Shown here: one piece after another, positions 1 through 9,025 of the stretch | How positions within the stretch are numbered: position 1 is the stretch's first letter | Layout of the letters: each line of letters begins with the position of its first letter | From: Candidatus Latescibacterota bacterium | GTDB taxonomy: Bacteria; Latescibacterota; UBA2968; UBA8231 | Reading direction: 5' to 3' | Length of the DNA: 64,000 bases | Assembly: GCA_965217585.1 (NCBI GenBank) | Contig: OZ244561.1 | Coordinates: 608,001 to 672,000 of the forward strand | Translations under genes and position numbers: made by a program | Notes under the pieces: generated by a model | Told to the model about the DNA's origin: nothing | What the model saw: only the letters and a program-made list of their open reading frames with translations | Databases searched by the model: none

Positions 1-835
1 AGGCGATGGGCAGGACCAAACCCTCGACGTGATCTTCCCCCTCCTGCACGGCCCCTACGGCGAGGACGGCACTATGCAGGGCCTGATGGAGCTCGCCAAT
101 ATAGCGTATGTGGGGGCCGGGGTCGTCGGCTCGGCCGTGGGCATGGACAAGGAGATGATGAAGCGGGCTTTCAAGGCCGAGGGACTGCCGCAGGTGGACT
201 ATCAGGTGGTGCGGCGCAGCCGTTGGGAAAAGGACCGCGCTGGAGTGCGGGCCGGGATCGAAGCCGCGCTGGCCTACCCCGTCTTCGTCAAGCCGGTGAA
301 TCTTGGTTCGAGCGTCGGGGTGAGCAAGGCCCGCGATGGTGCCGAACTGGAGCAGGCCATCGACGAAGCAGCACAATACGATTACAAGGTCGTGGTCGAG
401 GCCGAAGCGAGCGGCTGCCGCGAAGTCGAGGTGGCGATCTTGGGCAACGAGTCGCCAGAAGCGTCCATAGCCGGCGAGATCGTGCCGGGCAATGACTTTT
501 ACGACTACAACGCCAAATACATCGACGACAACTCCGATCTAATTATTCCTGCGCGCATCTCGCCGGCCACCCAAGAGGCCGTGCGCGAAATGGGCATCCG
601 GGCCTTTCAGGCGGTGGAAGCCTGGGGGTTGGCGCGGGTAGATTTTTTCGTGCGCGAAAGCGACGAAGCGATCTTTGTCAACGAGATCAACACCATGCCG
701 GGGTTTACGCCCATTAGCATGTATCCCAAGCTGTGGGAGGCGAGCGGGGTGAGCTACGGGGCGTTGATTGACCGGTTGATTCAGTTGGGGATCGAACGGC
801 ACGAAGACAAGCAGAAGACGAAGACGGCGCGGTAA
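1..835 (+). CDS. ddl: D-alanine--D-alanine ligase (5' truncated by window)
   Basis: LHGPYGEDG, KPVNLGSSVG, FYDYNAKY and NEINTMPGFT motifs. Confidence 0.96.
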   Translation, partial: GDGQDQTLDVIFPLLHGPYGEDGTMQGLMELANIAYVGAGVVGSAVGMDKEMMKRAFKAEGLPQVDYQVVRRSRWEKDRAGVRAGIEAALAYPVFVKPVNLGSSVGVSKARDGAELEQAIDEAAQYDYKVVVEAEASGCREVEVAILGNESPEASIAGEIVPGNDFYDYNAKYIDDNSDLIIPARISPATQEAVREMGIRAFQAVEAWGLARVDFFVRESDEAIFVNEINTMPGFTPISMYPKLWEASGVSYGALIDRLIQLGIERHEDKQKTKTAR

Positions 836-840
836 CTTCT

Positions 841-1548
841 ATGCAGAAAGCGCGTTGGGAAAAGGGCAACGTCAGCAACCTGATTTCGCTCGCCCTGTTG
901 GTGGCGGGCCTCTGGGGGCGCGTTGAGGGCGTCGGCGGCAGCGAGTGGGTGTTGGCGGTTGGATTGTTTGGATTTGCCGGCGGGGCGACCAATTGGTTGG
1001 CAGTAAAGATGCTCTTCGACCGCGTGCCCCTGCTGTACGGATCCGGGGTGATTCCAGCGCGGTTTCGCGCCATCAGGGAAGCGGTCAAAGACGCCATCAT
1101 GCGCTACTTCTTCGACGAGGAATATCTAGAGCGATTCTTCGCCGAGCAGATGGCCGGCGAGGATGTCGGGGAAAAGGTGCAAACGGTGCTAGCGTCCGAT
1201 GAAGTTGACGCGATCATCGACCGCAAACTCGAAGAGTTGGCAGAATCGCCGCAAGGAATGATGATCCAGTTGGTGGGGACGCAGACGGTCAAGCCGCTGG
1301 TCAAGCAGTTCGTGATCGGGTTCGGGAGCGAGATTGCGCCGCTTTTGGCCGGCGGAGCGGGTACAGAAGTCAAAGCGATGCGGGCGCAGGTTGACGGACT
1401 GTTGGAGACCAAGCTAGAGGAACTGACACCCGACCGGGTCAAGGAGATGATGGAGGAAGTAATCCGCGAACACTTGGGCTGGCTAATCGTCTGGGGCAAT
1501 GTGTTCGGTGGCACTATTGGACTGTTATCTAAAGCACTGGGGTATTGA
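841..1548 (+). CDS. DUF445-family membrane protein
   Basis: N-terminal GGATNWLAVKMLF and C-terminal WLIVWGNVFGG motifs. Confidence 0.8.
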   Translation: MQKARWEKGNVSNLISLALLVAGLWGRVEGVGGSEWVLAVGLFGFAGGATNWLAVKMLFDRVPLLYGSGVIPARFRAIREAVKDAIMRYFFDEEYLERFFAEQMAGEDVGEKVQTVLASDEVDAIIDRKLEELAESPQGMMIQLVGTQTVKPLVKQFVIGFGSEIAPLLAGGAGTEVKAMRAQVDGLLETKLEELTPDRVKEMMEEVIREHLGWLIVWGNVFGGTIGLLSKALGY

Positions 1549-1549
1549 A

Positions 1550-2356
1550 ATGAGTCAATGGAATTTGCGCGGCGAAGTAGCGGCAGTTATCGGTGGGACC
1601 GGCGTATTGGGCGGAGCGATGGCCCAGGGATTGGCCGAGGCCGGAGCCTCTGTAGCAGTGTTGGGACGAGACCACGACCGGGGGCATAAGCGAGTAGCGG
1701 CGATAGAGGCAGCAGGAGGCACGGGCGTTTTCGCCGCCTGCGACGCCACGGACAAAGCGTCGCTCAAGGCAGCCCATGAAGCGGTCGTCGCGGCATTGGG
1801 TCCCGTCAATGTGCTGCTCAACGCAGCCGGCGGCAATCAGCCGCAGGTGACCCTGAACGACGACCTAGACTTTGCCGCGATAACAACCGACGATTGGCAG
1901 CGCTGTTTCGACCTGAACTTGGGGGCTGGCGCGCTGTTGCCCTGCCAAGAATTCGGGTCGGCCATGGTCGCACGGGGCCGGGGCAGCATCATCAACATCG
2001 CCTCGGTTGCCGCCCACCTGCCGGTTTCGCGGGTGGTGGCGTACTCAGCGGCTAAAGCGGCTGTATTGAACCTAACGCAATTCCTCTCGCGGGAGTGGGC
2101 TGACAAAGGCGTGCGGGTCAACTCCATTACCCCGGGCTTCTTCCCCGCCGAGCAAAACCGCCGCTTGCTCTTTGAAGACGACGGCACCCCAACCGAACGC
2201 GGCCAACAAATCCTCTCCCACACCCCCATGGACCGCTTTGGCCGCCCCGAGGAACTGGTCGGCGCAGCGGTGTTCCTCGCATCGGACGCGGCCAGCGGCT
2301 TCGTCACCGGCACGGACATCCGCGTTGACGGAGGGTTTTTGGCGACGACGATCTAA
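1550..2356 (+). CDS. SDR oxidoreductase (D-mannonate/gluconate dehydrogenase-like)
   Basis: GGTGVLG, NAAGG, YSAAK, VDGG motifs; ATG at 1550. Confidence 0.9.
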   Translation: MSQWNLRGEVAAVIGGTGVLGGAMAQGLAEAGASVAVLGRDHDRGHKRVAAIEAAGGTGVFAACDATDKASLKAAHEAVVAALGPVNVLLNAAGGNQPQVTLNDDLDFAAITTDDWQRCFDLNLGAGALLPCQEFGSAMVARGRGSIINIASVAAHLPVSRVVAYSAAKAAVLNLTQFLSREWADKGVRVNSITPGFFPAEQNRRLLFEDDGTPTERGQQILSHTPMDRFGRPEELVGAAVFLASDAASGFVTGTDIRVDGGFLATTI

Positions 2357-2382
2357 AGAGCGGCGAGACGCCACGCTTTACA

Positions 2383-2613
2383 GTGAAGAAAAAAACATCA
2401 CAGTTTGCGATTTGTCTCAACAACGAGGGCTATGAGGCTTCTCTTGAAGTCGGAAAAGTGTATCGCGTACTTCCCGATCGGGAGGCCGCTGCGCACGGGT
2501 ACATTCGCATGGTGGATGAAAGTGGCGAAGATTACGCATTTGATGCCGACCGCTTTTACAAGATCGAATTCCCACCCCCGGTTGAAGCAACGCTAGATGC
2601 TGCTCTGCACTAG
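2383..2613 (+). CDS. small conserved hypothetical protein
   Basis: 76-aa ORF with ASLExGKVY...IRMVDESGEDY pattern. Confidence 0.7.
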   Translation: MKKKTSQFAICLNNEGYEASLEVGKVYRVLPDREAAAHGYIRMVDESGEDYAFDADRFYKIEFPPPVEATLDAALH

Positions 2614-2640
2614 GTTATCAGGCGGCTAGGAATATGGTCT

Positions 2641-2683
2641 CGGACATCCGCGTTGACGGAGGTTTTTGGCGACGACGATCTGA
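2641..2683 (+). repeat. 43-bp copy of the SDR 3' end (2313-2356)
   Basis: cggacatccgcgttgacggagg(g)tttttggcgacgacgatct; 1-bp deletion, TGA instead of TAA. Confidence 0.95.
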
Positions 2684-2704
2684 GCTTCGATCACAGAAGC
2701 TTAA

Positions 2705-3121
2705 TCATGGAAATTTTCTGAAATATGTAGCTGATGCTTCATAGCCAATTGCCTTGTAAAACGCTTCAGCCCTTCGAGTTGCCAACGCGATCAATCTTGA
2801 ATTTCTCTCCTTAGCTTTCTTCTCAGCAATCTCCATGAGTCTTCTACCTATGCCTTGCTTCCGGCATTCATCTTCTACGAATAATTCCTCGACCCAACTC
2901 ACAGGACCATTGGCAAAAAAGGTCAGGTGGTGAAACACCAGAACATAGCCCTTAAGATCGGATTCGGATTCTGCCACTATCAGATCAACATTCTCATCTT
3001 TGATCAATCGCGAGAAGGAAGTTTCAAAGGAATGTGCGTCGATCTCAAAACTTGAGGCGAATTTCTTTACAAGAGTTAATAGCTGATCTTGATCTTGATC
3101 CATTGCTGTTCTATAGTGCAT
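2705..3121 (-). CDS. GNAT family N-acetyltransferase (cassette-like)
   Basis: ELFV...RKQGIGRRLM and FYKAIGY motifs; GTTATAG core directly before the ATG. Confidence 0.9.
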   Translation of the reverse strand: MHYRTAMDQDQDQLLTLVKKFASSFEIDAHSFETSFSRLIKDENVDLIVAESESDLKGYVLVFHHLTFFANGPVSWVEELFVEDECRKQGIGRRLMEIAEKKAKERNSRLIALATRRAEAFYKAIGYEASATYFRKFP

Positions 3122-3154
3122 TTTCTATAACTCCGAGCAAATACAGTTATATGC
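3122..3154 (-). repeat. short att-like site (TATAAC-14 bp-GTTATA)
   Basis: inverted cores tttctataac / gttatatgc between the leader and the GNAT ORF. Confidence 0.55.
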
Positions 3155-3253
3155 TATTTATGCGAAACGAAGGTACGTCTCTTGGTGCATAGTCGCAATC
3201 GCAACGAGCGACCGGATACGAGCCGACAAAGCCGTCCGGTCCTAGTGCGAGAG
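3146..3253 (-). promoter_or_regulatory. cassette-array leader copy 1 with putative sigma70 promoter
   Basis: near-identical to 12213-12314; minus strand TTGCGA (3198-3193), 17 bp, TACCTT (3175-3170). Confidence 0.65.
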
Positions 3254-3522
3254 CGCGCGAGTGGGCCGACAAAGGCGTGCGGGTCAACTCCATCACCCCG
3301 GGCTTTTTCCCCGCCGAGCAAAACCGCCGCTTGCTCTTTGAAGACGACGGCACCCCAACCGAACGCGGCCAACAAATCCTCTCCCACACGCCCATGAACC
3401 GCTTTGGCCGCCCCGAGGAACTGGTCGGCGCAGCGGTGTTCCTCGCATCGGACGCGGCCAGCGGCTTCGTCACCGGCACGGACATCCGCGTTGACGGAGG
3501 GTTTTTGGCGACGACGATCTAA
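3254..3522 (+). pseudogene. 269-bp duplicate of the SDR 3' end (2088-2356)
   Basis: 6 substitutions counted by eye, 5 synonymous; lacks the N-terminal two-thirds of the gene. Confidence 0.95.
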
Positions 3523-3526
3523 GACC

Positions 3527-3561
3527 ACTTCCGCAGCAGCCGGAGGTAGAACAGCGGGTTG
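3527..3561 (-). repeat. 35-bp duplicate of the 3' end of the geranylgeranyl reductase-like gene (12355-12389)
   Basis: encodes NPLFYLRLLRK versus NPLFYLRLLWK; 3 mismatches. Confidence 0.9.
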
Positions 3562-3613
3562 CCGGAGGCCAAGACGCTACAGGCACCGCAGCGCGAACCA
3601 TGCTGTTATTCGA
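3556..3613 (-). repeat. attC-like site, truncated
   Basis: gggttgccggaggccaag..cgcagcgcgaacc..gttattcg is homologous to the right half of 5833-5930; contains the TAA of the methyltransferase. Confidence 0.8.
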
Positions 3614-4424
3614 TGTCCCGCCTCTTCACAACAAGAAGAATGTGGCCACTCGCACCCAAGAGAGAGCGATCTCGATCGGTTCGGTCTATCATCTCGAGCA
3701 TGATAGCCCGTTGTCGCGGATCCGACCAAATTTGATCAAAATTCTGCCAAAACCACGCCACACCCTCGACGGCGATGTGATCCACAATCTGTAAATGTGC
3801 CTCCTCAGCTTCCCGTTCGATCTCATCCGGGTGGTGGAAATAGGCATCAGTAAAGTATCTGGTATTGTCCTTGTTGGGACGGTGGACACCTGTTTCTAAG
3901 TCTTGCCGCACAATATCCAGATATTCCGGATCCTCAAATAAGCCACTTATGAAACCATCGAACATCGACCCAAACCTCGAGATATATGCCACATACCCGA
4001 CCCCGTTGGGGGCAAGCCAATCGGCGACCTTCCGTAGCACTAGGCTGCGCTCGTTTGCATCGGTGAGATGGTACATGGGTCCCAAAAGTAGGACTACATC
4101 ATACTGCTGAGACTCAAGTTCGAGAGATCGTACATCGGCAGTTTCGATCCGAGAGAGCGGATTTGGCGCTTTCTTGTTGATCGACACGGCCTCTTCAACG
4201 TGGTTAGGCATCAAATCAAACAAGGCGACCTTGTGCCCCTTCTCGGCAAGCCAGAACGCGTACGGTCCAGATCCTCCACCAACGTCTACTATCGACAAAC
4301 CAGTTTCATCGGGGAGAAACTGCTCTATGATCTGTTTAGTGCGGAGGAATTCTAGCTCGCCCCGGCCACTGAAGAGACGTTGGCTCTCGTTCTTTCTGTT
4401 GTAATAGGTCGCTATTCGATCCAA
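3606..4424 (-). CDS. class I SAM-dependent methyltransferase
   Basis: DVGGGSG motif I, LLLGPMYHL. Confidence 0.92.
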   Translation of the reverse strand: MDRIATYYNRKNESQRLFSGRGELEFLRTKQIIEQFLPDETGLSIVDVGGGSGPYAFWLAEKGHKVALFDLMPNHVEEAVSINKKAPNPLSRIETADVRSLELESQQYDVVLLLGPMYHLTDANERSLVLRKVADWLAPNGVGYVAYISRFGSMFDGFISGLFEDPEYLDIVRQDLETGVHRPNKDNTRYFTDAYFHHPDEIEREAEEAHLQIVDHIAVEGVAWFWQNFDQIWSDPRQRAIMLEMIDRTDRDRSLLGASGHILLVVKRRDIE

Positions 4425-4442
4425 TCAGCACCTCATCTGAGG

Positions 4443-4835
4443 CTATTCGTCGTGGGGCCTCTCAGCCATGAGTGCAAGGATGTTCATCTCGCTATCTCGA
4501 AAGAACGCCATCCACAACTCGTGGTCTTGAAGATCAGCAATCTTGTGAGGCCCTCCATCGAATGGCACGTTCCTACCCTTCAAAACCCGGTAGGCGTCAT
4601 GGATGTCGTCAACTCTGTAATACAGAACAGAGGAATGGATATCATCAGACTGCCCCTCCGGGATACTCAACATGAGGCGTACGCCTGAGCAATCAAAGAA
4701 CGCCATGTTCGGCACCCGAAACAGGAACTGCATTTCCAGTTGATCTCGGTAGAAGGTAACTGCCCTGTCGAGTTCCTTCACGGTGACAGATATTTGCCCT
4801 ATGGTCGATAGACCGAATCCACTATGCTGCGTCAT
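4443..4835 (-). CDS. VOC/glyoxalase family protein
   Basis: IGQISVTV...FYRD, FFRDSEMNILAL; AGGAGG RBS before the ATG at 4835. Confidence 0.9.
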   Translation of the reverse strand: MTQHSGFGLSTIGQISVTVKELDRAVTFYRDQLEMQFLFRVPNMAFFDCSGVRLMLSIPEGQSDDIHSSVLYYRVDDIHDAYRVLKGRNVPFDGGPHKIADLQDHELWMAFFRDSEMNILALMAERPHDE

Positions 4836-4918
4836 TCTGGACCTCCTGTGGTGTGGGTTCAATAGCTGCTCCTACGAACCTAAACTACAGAATTCCTCGG
4901 CCGCAGACTTCTCTGAAA

Positions 4919-5791
4919 TCACCTTTTTGTTCTGCGGAATTGTCTCGGCGAGAGACCATAGTGCCGCCGAAAAAGCCAACTGAATGAACCAAGGCTTGCG
5001 AATCCGATTTCTAGGGCAATCTCTGTCACAGTCCGATCTGTAGTCTCCAATAGCCTGGCGGCTCGCTCCAGTCGCTTCATAACAAGATACTGGTGTGGGC
5101 TCTGACCGACTATCTGGCGAAATGTCCGCAGGAAGTGATTCGAGGAGAGACACGCCACCTTAGCCATCGCATCGAGGGAGATCGGCTCCGAGAGGGAGGA
5201 ACAGATATAGTCGCGAGCCATGTGGATGCGACGGTAAAGCTCCTTTCGCGTCGCCGCACGAACGGCCTCAACTGTCTCTACTTCCTTCAAAACCTGATGA
5301 TGTGCACTCAGAAGTCCAACCATCACCGCGTGCATCTGCTCCTCGACCCATCCAAGCTCTTCACTTCGCAGTGAGTACTCTGATCTGAACCGGCTCAGAG
5401 TCGGAGTCAGAACGCGATCCTGCGGGCGAGTGGTCTGGAAGAATTCCAACCGGCGCGACTGACGTGCTGGATCATCAAGAAGCTTGATAGCTCTAGAATT
5501 GATGGATGCGTAGACCTCCTCAGCAAATCCATCCCTGAAGAAGACACAAAATGACCCAACAATCGAAGGAGAGTCGATAGATACCGTGTATTCCTGTCCG
5601 TAATTCAGAATCAGATATGAATGCTCATCGACTTCGATCGCGTGATTGTCGATCTCATACTTTGCCGTGCCATTTGAGAATGACTTGACCGACAGACCTC
5701 CCTTGCCCGTCCACAGATGGTGTTTGCTGGCGGCATTCAGCACTTCGTTGGGGGCACCACTATCGTATGCAGGGCCATTCATGTCGATCAA
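4919..5791 (-). CDS. AraC family transcriptional regulator
   Basis: C-terminal double HTH (SSNHFLRTF...IALEIGF...FSWLFRRHYGLSP). Confidence 0.93.
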   Translation of the reverse strand: MIDMNGPAYDSGAPNEVLNAASKHHLWTGKGGLSVKSFSNGTAKYEIDNHAIEVDEHSYLILNYGQEYTVSIDSPSIVGSFCVFFRDGFAEEVYASINSRAIKLLDDPARQSRRLEFFQTTRPQDRVLTPTLSRFRSEYSLRSEELGWVEEQMHAVMVGLLSAHHQVLKEVETVEAVRAATRKELYRRIHMARDYICSSLSEPISLDAMAKVACLSSNHFLRTFRQIVGQSPHQYLVMKRLERAARLLETTDRTVTEIALEIGFASLGSFSWLFRRHYGLSPRQFRRTKR

Positions 5792-5832
5792 GGCATTCCC
5801 TCAGAGGCTTTTATGAGTTGGTTTTTTCCATT

Positions 5833-5930
5833 GCGGATAACGTTCTCGCCGTGCCCGAACCCCAAGCTTGTCGAGGGGTTGCCGGAGGCCAAGGCGCGAA
5901 GCGCCACAGTGCAAACACGGTGTTATAGGC
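5833..5930 (-). repeat. attC-like site (98 bp)
   Basis: gcggataac...gttataggc inverted cores around an imperfect palindrome; the upstream ORF stops inside the core. Confidence 0.88.
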
Positions 5931-6935
5931 TGTGGGAGATCCCGGCACTCTCCAGCAATTCGTCTCCCATCTCGATTCCTCGGTGTGGTAGGCGCATCAA
6001 CTCACCGTGGATATCAAAAGTCGAGAATGGAGGATCTGTGATTTTAGAACCCCACTTTCGGTAGAGGAAGCTGAGTCTATCTGCATAGTAGGCTGCCCAA
6101 ACCACCGGAACGCTCTTATTTCCGACTGAGATAGAGCTCTCCCCTCGTGATAGCCAAGCAATATCTCCCTCGCTTCCGCAACATTCAGCGGTCTAGATTC
6201 ACCCATAAGATCCCCCATTAACCACTGGTGACGCGTCATGACAAGATCCACCAAAGCTGGAGAAAACTCCCCGCTGCTGAAATCCGTGAACGCGACACAG
6301 CCAGTGCCGGCCCCGATCACATTACCTGCACGAACATCCCAATGGCAAAGGATCCAAGGGACGCTTGCGTCAAGAGCCGTTGCATGGCTGTTTTCCAGTA
6401 GTTGCGCTAATTCGTACACTGGCTGTGCGATTTCCGTATCAAGCCGACCGAGCGCGCTGGAAAGTCGATCTTGCGCCCAGCGGCGGACAGGTCGCTCGCG
6501 CACTGGCTGTTCCTGAAATAATCCGGCAGCATTATGAATGCTCGCAAGAACCTTGCCCGTCTTCTTCAGATAGTCGAGATGGCGAGAATCTAACGGCTGG
6601 CCTGGAAGTAGGCTCTCCAAGGAGACTGTATAGTCCCGATATGGAACTGAGAATTCGCCGTTAAGGGTTGGTACAATCTTGGGAACTGGTGCTCTCGAAG
6701 ATGAAAGGTGGTCCACAAATCGAACGATCAACTCTGGCGGCGAGGGACCATCCCACCCTGGATTGGTGCGAAGAACAGAATTTCCTTGCGCGCTGCGCAC
6801 AAAATGGACGTTCCTGGAAGTGGGCGTTTCTACTTGAACGGCTGCGACACCCCAGTGCTTCCAGAGAATGTCTGAAGCTTCCTCAGTCGTCACCATCGGT
6901 GACGTAGATTCTCGATCACGGGGGAATGAAGTCAT
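5923..6935 (-). pseudogene. phosphotransferase (APH/kinase-like), frameshifted near 6105
   Basis: HWDVRAGN and FTDF kinase motifs; C-terminus continues in ORF 5923-6105, whose TAA lies in the attC core. Confidence 0.72.
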
Positions 6936-8178
6936 GACTCTTACTGTTTTTGCGAAACTGGCGTTGTAGTATTTTCCACAAGGGGTTCATTCCTCGTGGC
7001 TTGAATTGCTCGGGATCTTTGCCCTGTTCGACAGCTTGCCAATAATGCCAACCCATCTTGTGACTCGATGCGATTTCATAATCTAACCCCGTCCATGATC
7101 CATCACCGCGAAAGGCGTAAAACGACCAATGCCAACCTTGGCTGTTATAGATTTCTATTAGGTCGCTCAGGTAGGCCGCAGCGCCTTCGAGCCGGCGGTC
7201 GTACCAGAATTCTGAAGCTATGATTCGGTGAGAAGGTATCTCATATCGCTCAGAAAACCGCTGCACCGCGTTGATCTCCTCCGCAAGACGATCGATAGTC
7301 CACGACTCTATAGGACCGTTCCACCACTTCGGAACTCGGTCTGGATAGGCGTACCGGTCCTTATTGGCTCGATAAGTCACCATCTGCCACGGACCGGGGT
7401 TGTGAAAAGCGTACAACACTTTGTCATCATCTACAGGGCGATTGAAGTCGAACGCTTGAGGAGCGGCATAGAACCAGCCATCGAGCATGATGGGCGTATC
7501 TGCGTCTACTGAACGGATGGATTCGACCATCCGCTGGTTAAATCGGTTGAGGTCAGCTGGCGTATTCTGGATGTCCTGAAACCATTGGCTGAAATTCTCG
7601 TCCGGTTCTGCAAAACCGAATACCTTCTCTGGATGTGGTTCATTGAGAGGGTTGTAAGCCACGATTGCAGGATGCTTTTCCAAACGCATTGCTAACTGAC
7701 GCCAGAAATTGAAGGCTTGCTTATGGTAGCTTTCGTCACGCCAGAGCCGGCCATCATCTTGGTTCTCATTCAGCTGCTTCCAGCGTCCACCGGGCAAGCT
7801 GGCCATCGCAAGGACAACTTTGATACCATTGCTCTCGGCTTCATTGAGTGCTTCTACCAACAGGGCTAGATCGGTCTCATTGATTGCTGCGAAATTATCT
7901 GCGTTGCCGATTAGGAAGTCTCTATTATCGGCGGGCCATGCATCGGGTAAAATCCGAACATAATCCAGTCCCAGTTCACCTGCCGCCCTGTACCACTCAG
8001 GACGATGTCGCTCGTTTTGCTGATTAGCTCCCTTACGCTGCTTTTCCCAAAAGCCAATCTTGGGAGCATCGGCCATAACGCCGCTGGTGAAGCACAAAAT
8101 AGATATCATTGAAACTATGTATCTATAAATACCCCGTTGCCGCCCTTCTTTACGACCGTTTCCGTTCCTAATAAGCAT
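6916..8178 (-). CDS. glycoside hydrolase family 5 (cellulase-like), probably secreted
   Basis: YNPLNEP acid/base, AFH, ASEF nucleophile, WSFY; signal-like N-terminus. Confidence 0.85.
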   Translation of the reverse strand: MLIRNGNGRKEGRQRGIYRYIVSMISILCFTSGVMADAPKIGFWEKQRKGANQQNERHRPEWYRAAGELGLDYVRILPDAWPADNRDFLIGNADNFAAINETDLALLVEALNEAESNGIKVVLAMASLPGGRWKQLNENQDDGRLWRDESYHKQAFNFWRQLAMRLEKHPAIVAYNPLNEPHPEKVFGFAEPDENFSQWFQDIQNTPADLNRFNQRMVESIRSVDADTPIMLDGWFYAAPQAFDFNRPVDDDKVLYAFHNPGPWQMVTYRANKDRYAYPDRVPKWWNGPIESWTIDRLAEEINAVQRFSERYEIPSHRIIASEFWYDRRLEGAAAYLSDLIEIYNSQGWHWSFYAFRGDGSWTGLDYEIASSHKMGWHYWQAVEQGKDPEQFKPRGMNPLWKILQRQFRKNSKSHDFIPP

Positions 8179-8198
8179 CTGTGCTTTATGGCTTCACG

Positions 8199-8259
8199 TT
8201 CCTGTAACGTTTCAGGGTTTGCGAACCCCGAAGGGATTGCCAAGGCCAAGCCGCCGCAG
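8199..8259 (-). repeat. attC-like half site
   Basis: ttcctgtaacgtttcagggtttgcgaacccc...gccaagccgc matches the left arms of the other sites; right arm missing. Confidence 0.75.
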
Positions 8260-8276
8260 TTCGCTCTAAACTTCAA

Positions 8277-9000
8277 TCAGGCTTTCTTCCTGCGAAATGC
8301 CAAAGCAGTTTCGTAGTGCTTGGTGATCGATCCTCCGTAGTTCTTGTTTATCAGGTCAGCGATGCCGTCAAATAGATGCGTGCGATTGAATTCGGGCAGC
8401 GCGATATGGTCAGAATAGGTGCCAATGAGTTTGATGTACTGTTCCGCAGAATAGTTCGCTGTCCATGCGTACACTCGGTGGATAGGATCGGCAAAAGCAG
8501 TAGTTCCAGGTTCTGGGGACTCTGATGTCGTCGGAGTACTGGGATCCCGAGGGGAATCTGAAACTACATAATGCTTGCTATAAACTTCCTGGACTTCCGC
8601 AAAGAAACCTTCGTCTTTTCTTACGTGTTGGTTGGAGAAGATGGCCAATGATCCCCTAGCCTTCAGGGTGTCACGGGCTCTAATGAATCTGACTCTTGGA
8701 CTCACCCAGCGGAATGCAGTCGCGGAGATCACAAGGTCAAACTTGCTAGCCGAGTCCCAATCTGCGAAAGGACACAGGACGAAGCGAACGTTCTTGTAGT
8801 TGTTGAGTCGCGCCCGCGCAACCTCGATCAAATCTTGGCCAATATCCAAACAGGTCATTTCGCAACCGAGGGTAGCAAATAATCTCGAAGCCTGTCCGAT
8901 TCCACACCCGACTTCCAGGATTTTTCCGCTCCTATCGATTCCGGACGTCATAGAGCGAGGCAATGGTATTGAAAGTAGTTCTGAGATCAGGGCGGGGCAT
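8277..9000 (-). pseudogene. class I SAM methyltransferase with 5' deletion/frameshift
   Basis: ATG at 9000 gives MPRPDLRTTFNTIASLYD, out of frame with the LEVGCGIG-containing body. Confidence 0.7.
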
Positions 9001-9025
9001 TAGAATTCCCATGACACGCAAACGC

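Noticed and set aside
3277-3522. 81-aa ORF as an independent gene
   Set aside because: It is the duplicated SDR C-terminus, lacking the Rossmann fold and the catalytic YxxxK.
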